The notes beneath the pieces were generated by a model, which worked only from the letters and a program-made list of their open reading frames with translations, searched no databases and was not told the DNA's origin. A program made the position numbers and the translations under genes. Below, in pieces: positions 28,668-38,797 of a DNA stretch of 64,000 nucleotides (its first letter is position 1; the number at the start of each line of letters is the position of its first letter). Source of the DNA: Candidatus Kerfeldbacteria bacterium. GTDB taxonomy: Bacteria > Patescibacteriota > Patescibacteriia > UBA10025 > JAHIVO01. The stretch is from the NCBI GenBank assembly GCA_016214565.1, contig JACROE010000002.1:536007-600006 (forward strand), written 5' to 3'.

Positions 28668-31600
28668 ATGATTGGAGAAGTAAGCTCAACCACCGTAGAT
28701 TTTAATGCAATTCGTCTAAAACTGGCGAGCCCTGATGGTATTTTGGGCTGGTCGCATGGCGAGGTTACCAAGCCGGAGACGATTAATTATCGAACTCAAA
28801 AACCGGAAAAAGACGGGTTGTTCTGTGAAAAGATTTTTGGTCCGACCAAAGATTGGGAGTGTTATTGTGGTAAATATAAGAAAGTCCGCTATAAAGGCAT
28901 TGTCTGCGACAAATGCGGCGTTGAAGTGACGCGCAGTATTGTTCGTCGCGAACGGATGGGCCACATCCAATTGGCCGCTCCAGTCTCACATATTTGGTTC
29001 CTTCGTGGCGTTCCCTCGAAGATCGGCTTGATGCTTGATTTATCAGTCCAAGATTTGGAGAAAGTAATCTATTTTGCAAATTTCATTATTACCAGTGTTG
29101 ATCCGGAATTGCGCGACCAAACGGTTGCTCAGATTGATGTCGAATTCGAGGCGAAAAAGAAATCGATTGAAGCAGATACCAGTCGGATTGCTAATGACAT
29201 CAAACAGCGCTTAACCGCCGCCGGCACTGATGCCGCGAAAGACATTATCAAAGAATTGAATGACGAATTGCAGGCAAATCAGCAGCGCAAAGAAAAGAAG
29301 ATGGAGGATTTGGATGAAGCGGTTGAATTAGCCAAGCGAGAATTGAAGAGCCTGAAGCCATTGCAGATTATTTCCGAACAGCAGTACCGTGATTTATCGT
29401 TGAAATACGGTCATGTCTTCGAAGCAGAAATCGGCGCTGAAGCAATTCGCAATTTATTGTTGAAGATTGATTTGGACGTTGAGATTGCTAAGCTCGAGAA
29501 AGAAATTATCGATTTACCAGAAGCAAAACTTCGCCGTGCTGTGCGACGGCTGAAGCTCTTCAAGAGTTTCAAAATTAATAAATTCCGTCCGGAGTGGATG
29601 ATTATGACCGTTGTTCCGGTGATTCCGCCAGACTTGCGGCCTATGGTGCAGCTCGACGGTGGTCGGTTCGCCGCTTCTGACCTGAATGATTTATACCGAC
29701 GTGTTATTAATCGCAATAATCGTTTAAAACGGTTGATCGCCTTGAACTCTCCGGAAGTTATTCGTCGCAATGAGAAACGCATGCTCCAAGAGGCGATTGA
29801 CGCATTGATTGACAATAATGCTCGCCACGGAAAAACCGTGACTGCCTCGACGGGCCAGAAGCGTCAGCTGAAATCAATCGCCGACATCTTGAAAGGCAAG
29901 CAAGGTCGCTTCCGTCAGAATTTGCTGGGTAAACGCGTCGATTATTCAGGTCGTTCCGTTATCGTGGTTGGCCCGCATTTGCGCATGGATCAGTGTGGTT
30001 TGCCGAAACGCATGGCCTTGGAGCTTTTCAAACCCTTTATCATTAGTCAATTGATCAAGCGGGAATTTGTGCATAATGTGCGCAGCGCCAGCCGATTTAT
30101 TGAATCCGGTCGCGCTGAAGTTTGGGATATTTTGGAAGAAGTTTCCAAAGACGCGCACGTTTTACTTAATCGCGCACCGACTCTTCACCGTCTCGGTATC
30201 CAGGCATTTCGTCCTGTCTTAATCGAAGGTAAGGCTATCCAAGTGCACCCGCTCGTTTGTCCGGCTTTCAATGCTGACTTTGATGGTGACCAGATGGCTG
30301 TCCACGTGCCCTTAACTGAGAACGCGAAACGGGAAGCAGCTGAGCTGATTGCTTCTATCAACAATTTGCTCAAACCTTCTACGGGGCAACCAATTGTCAG
30401 TCCGACCCAAGACCTTGTTTTGGGCATGTATTACATTACCGTATTGCGGGAACATCCAGATTCAGAATTGCGGTTATTCGCTTCGACTGATGAAGCATTG
30501 ATGTGTGAAGGATTGGGATTGATGCATATTCAGGATGCCGCGAAGGTGCAGATTAACGGGAAAATTGTGGTGACCAGCCCTGGCCGCATTATTTTCAATC
30601 GTCTGCTGCCCGATGACTACGGTTTCGTCAATGAGACGATGGATAAGAAGAATTTGTCGAAATTGATAAGCACCATATTGCATACGTATGGCAATACCAC
30701 TACTACCGATATTCTTGATAAATTGAAATCGACTTCATTTACCTATTTGACCCGCTCGGGAATCAGCTGGGGTATGGATGATCTGGTGACTCCGCCTGAA
30801 AAGCGCCCGATTTTGAACGAAGCGGAAAAGCAAGTGGAAGAGATCGAACAGCACTTCGAGCAAGGGTTATTGACTGATGACGAGCGTCACATGAAAGTGA
30901 TTGAGATCTGGGCGATGGCTAAGGACCGCATCCAGGAAGTCAGTCGTCGCGCGCTTGATCAAAAAGGTCCTATCTTTAGCATGATTGAGTCCGGCGCCCG
31001 TGGTTCCTGGGCCCAGACTACCCAGATGATGGGCATGAAGGGCTTGGTGACCAATCCGGCTGGTGACACGATTGAATTGCCGGTCAAGGGAAGTTTCAAA
31101 GAAGGATTTGATGTATTGGAATACTTTATTTCTACGCATGGTGCTCGTAAAGGTTTGTCTGATACAGCTCTGCGTACCGCCAATGCCGGGTATTTGACTC
31201 GTCGTCTCGTGGATGTCAGCCAAGACGTGATTGTCAGCGAAGAGGATTGCGGCGACACCGATGGCTTTGTTTTGCTTGATGATAGCTCGGAATTTGGTGA
31301 AACCATGGCCAAACGCCTACTCGGCCGGGTCGTGCTTGAGGATATCAAAGATGCAAAAGGAAAAGTGATTGTAAAAAAGAATGAGCTCGTGACCGAGGCG
31401 CACATGCCGAAAATCGAGAAAGTAAAATTTGATAAAGTGCGAATTCGCTCAGTGCTCGCCTGCAAATCAAGCTGGGGCATTTGTCAGCATTGCTACGGCT
31501 ACGACCTTGGGTTTAACAAAATGGTTGAGCTGGGTGTGGCCGCGGGTATTATCGCCGCTCAGTCAATTGGTGAACCAGGCACGCAGTTGACGATGCGTAC

Positions 31601-32537
31601 GTTCCATACTGGTGGTGTGGCTGGTCGTGATATCACCCAAGGGTTGCCTCGGGTTGAGGAATTATTTGAAGCGCGCCCGATCCGTCGTCCCGCGTTAATC
31701 GCCAATGTGTCGGGCAAGGTTAGCATTAAAGATGGTGAGGATAAACGCACTAAAGTGATTACGATTCGCTATGATGCAGTTGAGGATCATCAATATCCTT
31801 GGAAAGACAAGAAAAAAGTAACACTGAAGGTGAAAGCCGGTCAGGTGGTGAAGGATGACGCAGTACTCTTTGTCGACGGATCAAATGAAGTGAAGGCAAA
31901 ATTTGGCGGCACCGTGAAATTGTCTGATCAAGGTGTCAGCATTGTGGCGGAGCATGAGAAAGAGCGCGAATTTATCGCTACCCCAGGGCAAATCGTCTGG
32001 GTGAAGGAAGGTGATCTCGTGAATGTCGGCGATCAATTGACTGACGGAAGCGTTGATTTACATCAGTTATTCTATCTCAAAGGCCAGGAAGCAGTGCAAC
32101 GCTATGTTATCCGTGAAATTCAGTATATCTACTCATCTCAGGGCCAAAAATTGAATGAGAAACACATTGAAATTGTAGTCCGCCAGATGTTCTCACGTGT
32201 CTATGTGAAAACCCCAGGTGATACTAACCTTTTGTCAGGTGAGATAATTGAACGGACTCGGTACGTCGATGCCAATGCTGAAGTGAAAGCGAAAAAGGGC
32301 GAACTGGCCGATGTTGAACAGCTGTTGTTGGGCATTACGAAGGCCTCGCTCTCCATTGATAGCTTCCTATCGGCGGCGTCATTCCAGGAAACGGCTCGTG
32401 TCTTGATAGATGCGGCTGTCTCCGGTAAGGTTGACACCTTACGTGGTTTGAAGGAAAACGTCATTATCGGTAAGCTCATCCCGGCTGGCAGCGGTTTTGC
32501 CACTCGAAAGAATATCCCACCCGCAAAAGACGCCTAG
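28668..32537 (+). CDS. rpoC: DNA-directed RNA polymerase subunit beta prime
   Basis: Zn-finger CYCGKYKKVRYKGIVCDKCGVEV, NADFDGDQMAVH catalytic motif, 1289 aa. Confidence 0.97.
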   Translation: MIGEVSSTTVDFNAIRLKLASPDGILGWSHGEVTKPETINYRTQKPEKDGLFCEKIFGPTKDWECYCGKYKKVRYKGIVCDKCGVEVTRSIVRRERMGHIQLAAPVSHIWFLRGVPSKIGLMLDLSVQDLEKVIYFANFIITSVDPELRDQTVAQIDVEFEAKKKSIEADTSRIANDIKQRLTAAGTDAAKDIIKELNDELQANQQRKEKKMEDLDEAVELAKRELKSLKPLQIISEQQYRDLSLKYGHVFEAEIGAEAIRNLLLKIDLDVEIAKLEKEIIDLPEAKLRRAVRRLKLFKSFKINKFRPEWMIMTVVPVIPPDLRPMVQLDGGRFAASDLNDLYRRVINRNNRLKRLIALNSPEVIRRNEKRMLQEAIDALIDNNARHGKTVTASTGQKRQLKSIADILKGKQGRFRQNLLGKRVDYSGRSVIVVGPHLRMDQCGLPKRMALELFKPFIISQLIKREFVHNVRSASRFIESGRAEVWDILEEVSKDAHVLLNRAPTLHRLGIQAFRPVLIEGKAIQVHPLVCPAFNADFDGDQMAVHVPLTENAKREAAELIASINNLLKPSTGQPIVSPTQDLVLGMYYITVLREHPDSELRLFASTDEALMCEGLGLMHIQDAAKVQINGKIVVTSPGRIIFNRLLPDDYGFVNETMDKKNLSKLISTILHTYGNTTTTDILDKLKSTSFTYLTRSGISWGMDDLVTPPEKRPILNEAEKQVEEIEQHFEQGLLTDDERHMKVIEIWAMAKDRIQEVSRRALDQKGPIFSMIESGARGSWAQTTQMMGMKGLVTNPAGDTIELPVKGSFKEGFDVLEYFISTHGARKGLSDTALRTANAGYLTRRLVDVSQDVIVSEEDCGDTDGFVLLDDSSEFGETMAKRLLGRVVLEDIKDAKGKVIVKKNELVTEAHMPKIEKVKFDKVRIRSVLACKSSWGICQHCYGYDLGFNKMVELGVAAGIIAAQSIGEPGTQLTMRTFHTGGVAGRDITQGLPRVEELFEARPIRRPALIANVSGKVSIKDGEDKRTKVITIRYDAVEDHQYPWKDKKKVTLKVKAGQVVKDDAVLFVDGSNEVKAKFGGTVKLSDQGVSIVAEHEKEREFIATPGQIVWVKEGDLVNVGDQLTDGSVDLHQLFYLKGQEAVQRYVIREIQYIYSSQGQKLNEKHIEIVVRQMFSRVYVKTPGDTNLLSGEIIERTRYVDANAEVKAKKGELADVEQLLLGITKASLSIDSFLSAASFQETARVLIDAAVSGKVDTLRGLKENVIIGKLIPAGSGFATRKNIPPAKDA

Positions 32538-32560
32538 GCGCTCGTATTCATTTTGAATTC

Positions 32561-32607
32561 AAACCGTCCTGCTTCACTCGTCGAGAGTCGCTGCGGGACG
32601 GTTTTTG
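32561..32607 (+). terminator. intrinsic terminator after rpoC
   Basis: AAACCGTCC...GGGACGGTTTTTGG. Confidence 0.7.
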
Positions 32608-32629
32608 GATTGAAAAAAGGCCTGAATAA

Positions 32630-32638
32630 TGGTATACT
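32630..32638 (+). promoter_or_regulatory. extended -10 TGGTATACT upstream of ftsK
   Basis: aataaTGgTATACTcaagc, 47 nt before the ATG at 32685. Confidence 0.4.
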
Positions 32639-32684
32639 CAAGCAACGCCAGTAGAAGAAGAGTGAGGCGTTTTCATTATTTCGC

Positions 32685-35042
32685 ATGGTACAAAAATCAA
32701 AGCTTGAAAAATACAAAAAAGAGGCTCGACGCGAGCAGCGCGCGGATGGGGAACCCCGGCTACCGGTGGCGTCCCGCCTGAAGCCAGAAACCAAGCACGG
32801 CATTTATGTGGTACTGCTTTTTACGTTAGCCATCGTTACTACCTTTAGCTTGTTTGGTTGGGCTGGGCAATTCGGTGAAGCGGTTCGCACTGTTCTATTA
32901 TACGTCTTTGGTTGGGGGAAAATTGCAGTTCCACTGATACTCTTTATTATTGGCTATTTACTGGTTCGTCCGCAGCAGTATTCATTTCGCCTGGCCAATG
33001 GCATAGGCCTCGGGTTGTTATTTTTGAGCGGCACGGGCTTTCTTCATTTGGTGGGATTGCCGCTGGCTGAGGCGACCTCGGCTATCAGCTCAGGACGCGG
33101 CGGCGGGTACGTCGGACTGCTGCTTTCCTATCCATTGGAAAGCGTGATGGGTCCCTGGGCAACGGGCGTCATATTGTTGGCCGTGTTTTTAATTTCCCTC
33201 ATGGTCATGTTTGATGTGTCGCTTAAGCGTATGTATGAGCAAGGGAATTTTATGGCACGGATCGGCGAACGGTTTCGGGAATTTTTCTATAAATTGCGGT
33301 TGAATATGAATCGTTCCGACGATGTTGACGATGCAGATGGCGCCGCAATTGATGATACTGTTGAGGATATGGCATCCGATGAAACGGCTGCCCCGCCGAG
33401 TTTTCAGGTGTCCTCGGTAGCTGATACTACCGGCGAATCGACACCGGCGACCACTGCGTCGGCCGCTGAATCGCAGGAGCAGATTGCCATGTTTGCCGAA
33501 GAGAAAAAACGTAAGCGGAAGATTGACATACCCATTGATTTACTCGAATCCAGCGCGGAAAAACCAACCAGCGGGGACATCGAAAAGAATAAGGAAACAA
33601 TTTACAATACCTTTAAGAATTTTGGCATCAATGTGGAAATGGGCGAGACCAAGGTAGGTCCGACTGTCACGCAGTTCACCCTTAAGCCAGATGAAGGCGT
33701 TAAGCTTGCCCAGATCACGACCCTGGGCAACGATTTAGCTTTAGCCTTGGCCGCACATCCGATTCGTATCGAGGCGCCGATCCCTGGCAAATCGTTGGTG
33801 GGCATTGAAGTGCCCAACAAAGCCGTGGCTGTGGTGAAGCTCAAGGAGATATTGATGAGCAAGGAATTCAAGAAACGCAAATCAAATTTAGCTATTGGTA
33901 TCGGCAAAGACGTATCTGGTTCGATTTGGATCGAGGATATTGGCCCGATGCCGCACTTATTGATTGCCGGATCGACGGGCTCGGGTAAGTCCGTAATGCT
34001 CAACGCCATTATTTTGAGCTTGCTGTATCAAAATTCTCCCGATGATTTAAAACTTATTTTAGTTGATCCGAAACGCGTGGAACTATCTATTTATAACGGC
34101 ATTCCGCACTTGATAACGCCGGTGGTTAATGAGGTGGACAAGACAATCAATGCCTTGCGCTGGGTGGTCGGAGAGATGGATCGCCGCTATCAACTATTAT
34201 CAAAAACAGGACATCGCAATATTGGCGCGTATAATCGGGATAATGGCAATATGATGCCGTATCTGGTGGTGGCCATTGATGAATTAGCTGACCTGATGTC
34301 CGTGGCAGCCAATGAAGTGGAAGCGGCCATCGTTCGTCTGGCGCAAATGGCGCGGGCAGTTGGCATTCATTTGATTCTGGCTACCCAGCGTCCGTCGGTG
34401 GATATCATTACTGGTTTGATCAAAGCGAATATTACCACCCGAATTGCTTTTGCGGTTGCCTCTCAAATTGACTCACGGACCATTTTAGATACCGGTGGAG
34501 CGGAAAAATTACTCGGGCGCGGGGATATGCTCTACACCTCATCGCAATTATCGAAGCCACGGAGGTTGCAGGGCGCTTTTATTTCCGATGATGAGATAAA
34601 TCGAGTCGTGGCATATCTGAAGAGCAAGGGCCAGCCGGAGTACCAGGAAGAAGTGGTGAAGAAGGTGGTCGATCGCACCTTGATCGGTTCGTTCGACGAT
34701 ATGGGCGATGACGAGCTGGTCGGGCAGGCGAAAGACATTGTAGTCAAAGCTGGAAAAGCCTCAGCTTCATTCCTACAGCGTCGTTTGCGTATTGGGTATG
34801 CACGCGCTGCACGACTCCTTGATATTCTCGAGGAGCAAGGCGTGATTGGGCCTGGTGATGGGGCGAAGCCTCGCGAAATTTTAGTTTCGCGAAGCGGTAT
34901 GACTGATTCTTTTGGCGACGATGAATTCCCCGCTGGCGAAGAAACTGATGCGGATGAGGAGACGGAAACGGATGAAACGGAGGAGGCTGCCGCGGATGAG
35001 GAGACGGATGAAACCGACCAGACCGATGATGAGAGGGCCTAG
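32685..35042 (+). CDS. ftsK: DNA translocase FtsK/SpoIIIE with an acidic C-terminal tail
   Basis: N-terminal TM helices, Walker A GSTGSGKSVMLNAII, Walker B VVAIDELADLM, gamma winged-helix SFLQRRLRIGYARAARLLDILEEQGVIGP, then ~60 aa of Asp/Glu/Thr-rich low complexity. Confidence 0.92.
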   Translation: MVQKSKLEKYKKEARREQRADGEPRLPVASRLKPETKHGIYVVLLFTLAIVTTFSLFGWAGQFGEAVRTVLLYVFGWGKIAVPLILFIIGYLLVRPQQYSFRLANGIGLGLLFLSGTGFLHLVGLPLAEATSAISSGRGGGYVGLLLSYPLESVMGPWATGVILLAVFLISLMVMFDVSLKRMYEQGNFMARIGERFREFFYKLRLNMNRSDDVDDADGAAIDDTVEDMASDETAAPPSFQVSSVADTTGESTPATTASAAESQEQIAMFAEEKKRKRKIDIPIDLLESSAEKPTSGDIEKNKETIYNTFKNFGINVEMGETKVGPTVTQFTLKPDEGVKLAQITTLGNDLALALAAHPIRIEAPIPGKSLVGIEVPNKAVAVVKLKEILMSKEFKKRKSNLAIGIGKDVSGSIWIEDIGPMPHLLIAGSTGSGKSVMLNAIILSLLYQNSPDDLKLILVDPKRVELSIYNGIPHLITPVVNEVDKTINALRWVVGEMDRRYQLLSKTGHRNIGAYNRDNGNMMPYLVVAIDELADLMSVAANEVEAAIVRLAQMARAVGIHLILATQRPSVDIITGLIKANITTRIAFAVASQIDSRTILDTGGAEKLLGRGDMLYTSSQLSKPRRLQGAFISDDEINRVVAYLKSKGQPEYQEEVVKKVVDRTLIGSFDDMGDDELVGQAKDIVVKAGKASASFLQRRLRIGYARAARLLDILEEQGVIGPGDGAKPREILVSRSGMTDSFGDDEFPAGEETDADEETETDETEEAAADEETDETDQTDDERA

Positions 35043-35044
35043 CT

Positions 35045-35728
35045 ATGGCAGTATTCCAACGCCGAACCATCGAACGATTTAAAACACTCGGCGAGCGCTT
35101 GCGCAAAGTCCGAGAAGAGTCGGGCTACTCGCTCGAGGAAGTCGAGCGAGCGATCCAAATTCGTCGAGTTTATCTCGAAGCGCTGGAAACCGGGCAGTAT
35201 ACACAACTGCCAGGGTCTTTGTATATTGAGCAGTACCTGAAACGATATGCGGAATTTTTGAAAGTGGATAGTGCCTATGTCCTGGATCTGTATCGTGAAC
35301 GGGAGAAGCGGGTCGTAGCGCCGATGGAACGGCATCGTTTTGAACCGCAACAGGCATCCATGCCAAAAGAATTTGTCACGCCGCGTATTATCCGACGACT
35401 ATTAATTATTGTGGTAGTGGTCATTGCCTTTGCGTATCTCATATATACCGTGGTTACTGTTTTTTCTCCTCCACCACTCACTATTACCAGTCCCGACACT
35501 AATGTCGTAGTTACCGCGCCGACGATTACGGTTTCGGGCGTGACCGAACCAGAGACCACGGTGACGATTAATGGACGTGAAGTTTTTCTCGATACCGGTG
35601 GTGTGTTCGAAGAAACCATTACGCTGACCGAAGGGATTAACCAGATAAAAATAACCTCAGCAAAAAAACGCAGCAAACCAACTCAGGTCATTCGCATTAT
35701 TAAGCTTGAAGCGGCGTCCCAAGAATAG
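35045..35728 (+). CDS. HTH (XRE-type) plus single TM protein, RodZ-like
   Basis: [61 protein letters not shown], then an extracytoplasmic beta-rich tail. Confidence 0.55.
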   Translation: MAVFQRRTIERFKTLGERLRKVREESGYSLEEVERAIQIRRVYLEALETGQYTQLPGSLYIEQYLKRYAEFLKVDSAYVLDLYREREKRVVAPMERHRFEPQQASMPKEFVTPRIIRRLLIIVVVVIAFAYLIYTVVTVFSPPPLTITSPDTNVVVTAPTITVSGVTEPETTVTINGREVFLDTGGVFEETITLTEGINQIKITSAKKRSKPTQVIRIIKLEAASQE

Positions 35729-35766
35729 TATACTGGAGAATACCTCTAATCATTCATAATAACGGT

Positions 35767-36813
35767 ATGCCAAAATCAACCGACAAGAAAGCGACCTCCC
35801 CCCGGGCTCAAGCCGCACTTGAGGCAATTAATCAGATTAAAGAGCGCTTTGGTGAAGGGTCAATCATGAAGCTGGGAGAAGCGCAGCGGGTGGATGTGGA
35901 CGTGGTCCCCACGGGATGCGTCTCACTTGATCTCGCCTTAGGTGTCGGCGGTGTACCGCGTGGCCGCATCATCGAAATCTATGGGCCAGAAGCATCAGGT
36001 AAAACAACTCTTGCCCAGCACATCGTGGCGTCTGTCCAACGCATGGGTGGCACTGCTGCATTCGTTGATGCTGAGCACGCCCTTGATCCTCAGTATGCCC
36101 GCAAGATAGGGGTGAACGTGGATGAACTTTTTATTTCTCAGCCAGACACCGGTGAGCAAGCATTGGAAATTACCGAGACACTGGTTCGGTCAAACGGCGT
36201 GGACGTGGTGGTAGTTGATTCGGTGGCGGCACTCGTGCCCAAGGCTGAAATCGAAGGTGAAATGGGTGACTCGCACATGGGTCTCCAGGCGCGACTCATG
36301 AGTCAGGCATTGCGTAAATTAGCCGGCATTGTCAGCAAGACCAAAACTGTGGTTATTTTCATCAACCAGACTCGCATGAAGATTGGCGTTTTTTTCGGCA
36401 ATCCTGAGACGACCACTGGCGGTATGGCACTGAAGTTCTACGCTTCTGTCCGCGTCGAAGTTCGCCGTTCCGCTCAGATCAAGAAAGGTGAGGAATCTAT
36501 CGGCAATCGGGTGAAGGTTAAAATCGTAAAGAATAAAGTAGCCCCGCCATTCCGCACCACTGAATTTGACATCATGTACAATGAAGGCATCTCCATTGCC
36601 GGCGATTTATTGGACACTGGCATCAAATATAACGTATTACAGAAGTCGGGCAACTCAGTCAGCTTTGGCGACGTGAAATTAGGCGTTGGCCGTGAAGCTG
36701 CTCGTCTCTTCCTCCGTCAGGATGCGAAACTGATGCAGGCGATTCGAGAGAAAATCATTGAGGCAGCCGCTGCCGCCGAAGCCGCTCAGGCACTACCGCA
36801 AAAAGCAGAATAA
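35767..36813 (+). CDS. recA: recombinase RecA
   Basis: [30 protein letters not shown], and full-length colinearity with RecA. Confidence 0.97.
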   Translation: MPKSTDKKATSPRAQAALEAINQIKERFGEGSIMKLGEAQRVDVDVVPTGCVSLDLALGVGGVPRGRIIEIYGPEASGKTTLAQHIVASVQRMGGTAAFVDAEHALDPQYARKIGVNVDELFISQPDTGEQALEITETLVRSNGVDVVVVDSVAALVPKAEIEGEMGDSHMGLQARLMSQALRKLAGIVSKTKTVVIFINQTRMKIGVFFGNPETTTGGMALKFYASVRVEVRRSAQIKKGEESIGNRVKVKIVKNKVAPPFRTTEFDIMYNEGISIAGDLLDTGIKYNVLQKSGNSVSFGDVKLGVGREAARLFLRQDAKLMQAIREKIIEAAAAAEAAQALPQKAE

Positions 36814-36927
36814 CCCAATCAAATAGCTAAAACCACAATACCCACTGGACAAGTGGGTATTGTGTATGGCATACTAGCAAAAACTGAAATTCACGAATTG
36901 GTTATATACACGTTAAGGAGGCGTGCT

Positions 36928-37281
36928 ATGCTGTATCCGGCTAAAGTTGATTGGCTCTTTTATGAGCAGGTCCTGGTGGTCTTATATCGCCGAGTTCAGG
37001 GATTGCGTCGGGTTCCCCGTGCTGAACTATGCCATGAGCTCATGGCCATGGGTGATCAGTACGCCCATGATGGCGATAAGCCTTTTCCGGGTTGTTTGCC
37101 CGAGTTCGCCCCGTTTGGTGGCCTCTGGTATCCGCACGAAGAATTCTTGCGGAAATACAACTTGCTCAACCTGGCGACCTGGCGGAATCTCATGCGGAGA
37201 TTCCGGAACATAGAGGTGAATGACCCTGAGGTCATCGCATTTACCGACGAACTCTGTGTTCGTCTCAACATCGCTGCTTGA
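36928..37281 (+). CDS. hypothetical protein (117 aa)
   Basis: ORF with a strong SD (AAGGAGG) 6 nt upstream of the ATG at 36928. Not RecX-like by eye. Confidence 0.45.
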   Translation: MLYPAKVDWLFYEQVLVVLYRRVQGLRRVPRAELCHELMAMGDQYAHDGDKPFPGCLPEFAPFGGLWYPHEEFLRKYNLLNLATWRNLMRRFRNIEVNDPEVIAFTDELCVRLNIAA

Positions 37282-37346
37282 GGGAGTTACACCTCCAAAC
37301 CTAAACATCCCCGCTATTCACTATATGAATGGCGGGTGATTTTTTA

Positions 37347-38138
37347 TTAGTGCATGCGATGAAGTTGCGGTTTGACCGGCTCCCAGAGCCACCGCTGTGC
37401 CAGCTCTGCCATGTGCGAAGGAATGTCGCTAAAGTAATATTGGTGATTGGGATTTTTTGGCAATGACTGTTCAAGCTCGGGGTGAGCCGTCAGGTACTGG
37501 CGAAGTGCGGCCACGGTCGGAACAGCTGGGTCGATTAGAAAGACACGCTTGCCGATTTTTTGCTGAATGACATTGCGCAGGATGGGGTAATGCGTGCAGC
37601 CGAGGATGAGCGTGTCAATCTGATGCCGTTTGAGCGGGGTGAGGTAGCGGCGAGCAGTAATCTTCGTAATCTGGTCATTGATCCAACCTTCTTCTGCTAA
37701 TGGCACGAAGAGCGGACAAGCTTTGCTGGTAATTGATGCTTGTGGCCGGTGACTGGCGATAGTTTTCTGGTAGATGTCGCTATTGATTGTGGTACGGGTA
37801 CCGATAACGCCGATATGGCCTGATGTGGAGTGACGAGCGGCAGCCTCAGCCGCCGGGGTAATCACTTCGAAGAACGGGATCTGTGGGTAGGCTGCGCGTA
37901 AGCTTTCGGTGGCAACTGCGGAGGCGGTATTGCAGGCGATCACGATAATCTGGGCGCCCTGGGCAATGAGGAACTCGGTATTTTCTTTGGCGTACTGGAT
38001 GACGGTATCCGTGCTTTTGTTGCCATAGGGCGTGCGGGCGGTATCGCCAAAATACGCCAGCTGGTAATCAGGCAATTGTTTACGTAATTCTTTGACGACC
38101 GTCAGGCCGCCGATACCAGAATCAAAGACACCGATCAT
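37347..38138 (-). CDS. murI: glutamate racemase
   Basis: MIGVFDSGIGGLTVVKELRKQLPDYQLAYFGDTARTPYG, ACNTAS, GCTHYP motifs. Confidence 0.93.
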   Translation of the reverse strand: MIGVFDSGIGGLTVVKELRKQLPDYQLAYFGDTARTPYGNKSTDTVIQYAKENTEFLIAQGAQIIVIACNTASAVATESLRAAYPQIPFFEVITPAAEAAARHSTSGHIGVIGTRTTINSDIYQKTIASHRPQASITSKACPLFVPLAEEGWINDQITKITARRYLTPLKRHQIDTLILGCTHYPILRNVIQQKIGKRVFLIDPAVPTVAALRQYLTAHPELEQSLPKNPNHQYYFSDIPSHMAELAQRWLWEPVKPQLHRMH

Positions 38139-38797
38139 AAGGATTGAATTACAGGGATAGTAATCTGAGTTAATCGTTGTACCATGCGGTCGGCTTTTTG
38201 TAAATCCCGGGCGGAATTATACCGTTGCTTGAGCCCGATGCAGCGCATCCGCGCGCGATGGGCGGCTACGACTCCGCTCAACGTGTCCTCGATCACCAAA
38301 CATCGTTCCGGCGGGGTATGTAATTTCCTGGCAGTGGTGAGGAAAATTTCCGGGCTTGGTTTGCTGTGTCTAAAATCATCACCGGAGACCACCGCTGAGA
38401 AATATTTTTTTAATTGATATCGTTTAAGTACATAGGCGATGACTGGGTGGGGTGATGATGAGGCCAGTGCCAGGGGGAAACGACGAGAAACTTTCGCCAG
38501 TAGACCACGGATTCCAGGAATGAGTTTCAGCTGCTCATCAAAAATGCTCAAGAGGAATTTAACTCGCTCTCGGTAGAGCAGATGGTAGGGATCGGTGATG
38601 CCATAAAACCGTTGCATCATCATGATGGCATGTCGCTGATTTCGCCCGCGATAGTGCGTATTGACGAAACGGCGGTATGAGGCAGAGGTGGGCACTTCCA
38701 GTCCGCGTTTTGCTAACTGTCGACGATAGGCCTCAGCCCAGAGATCCTCGGAGTCAATAACGACCCCGTCCATATCAAAGATAATCGCTTCGATCAT
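38135..38797 (-). CDS. HAD-superfamily hydrolase (beta-phosphoglucomutase/phosphatase-like)
   Basis: IIFDMDGVVIDSE motif I, SSS motif II region, GDDFRHSKP and IEDTLSGVVAA motifs III/IV. Confidence 0.8.
   Translation of the reverse strand: MIEAIIFDMDGVVIDSEDLWAEAYRRQLAKRGLEVPTSASYRRFVNTHYRGRNQRHAIMMMQRFYGITDPYHLLYRERVKFLLSIFDEQLKLIPGIRGLLAKVSRRFPLALASSSPHPVIAYVLKRYQLKKYFSAVVSGDDFRHSKPSPEIFLTTARKLHTPPERCLVIEDTLSGVVAAHRARMRCIGLKQRYNSARDLQKADRMVQRLTQITIPVIQSL

Noticed and set aside
25190-32537. Numerous antisense or overlapping ORFs inside rpoB/rpoC and other long genes (for example 26745..27023-, 29411..29815-, 30959..31480-)
   Set aside because: They lie fully inside strongly supported CDSs on the opposite strand and lack start signals. 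They are artefacts of the six-frame translation.
36928-37281. RecX downstream of recA
   Set aside because: Position is right, but the sequence lacks the three-fold helical repeat and conserved residues of RecX. It is left as hypothetical.
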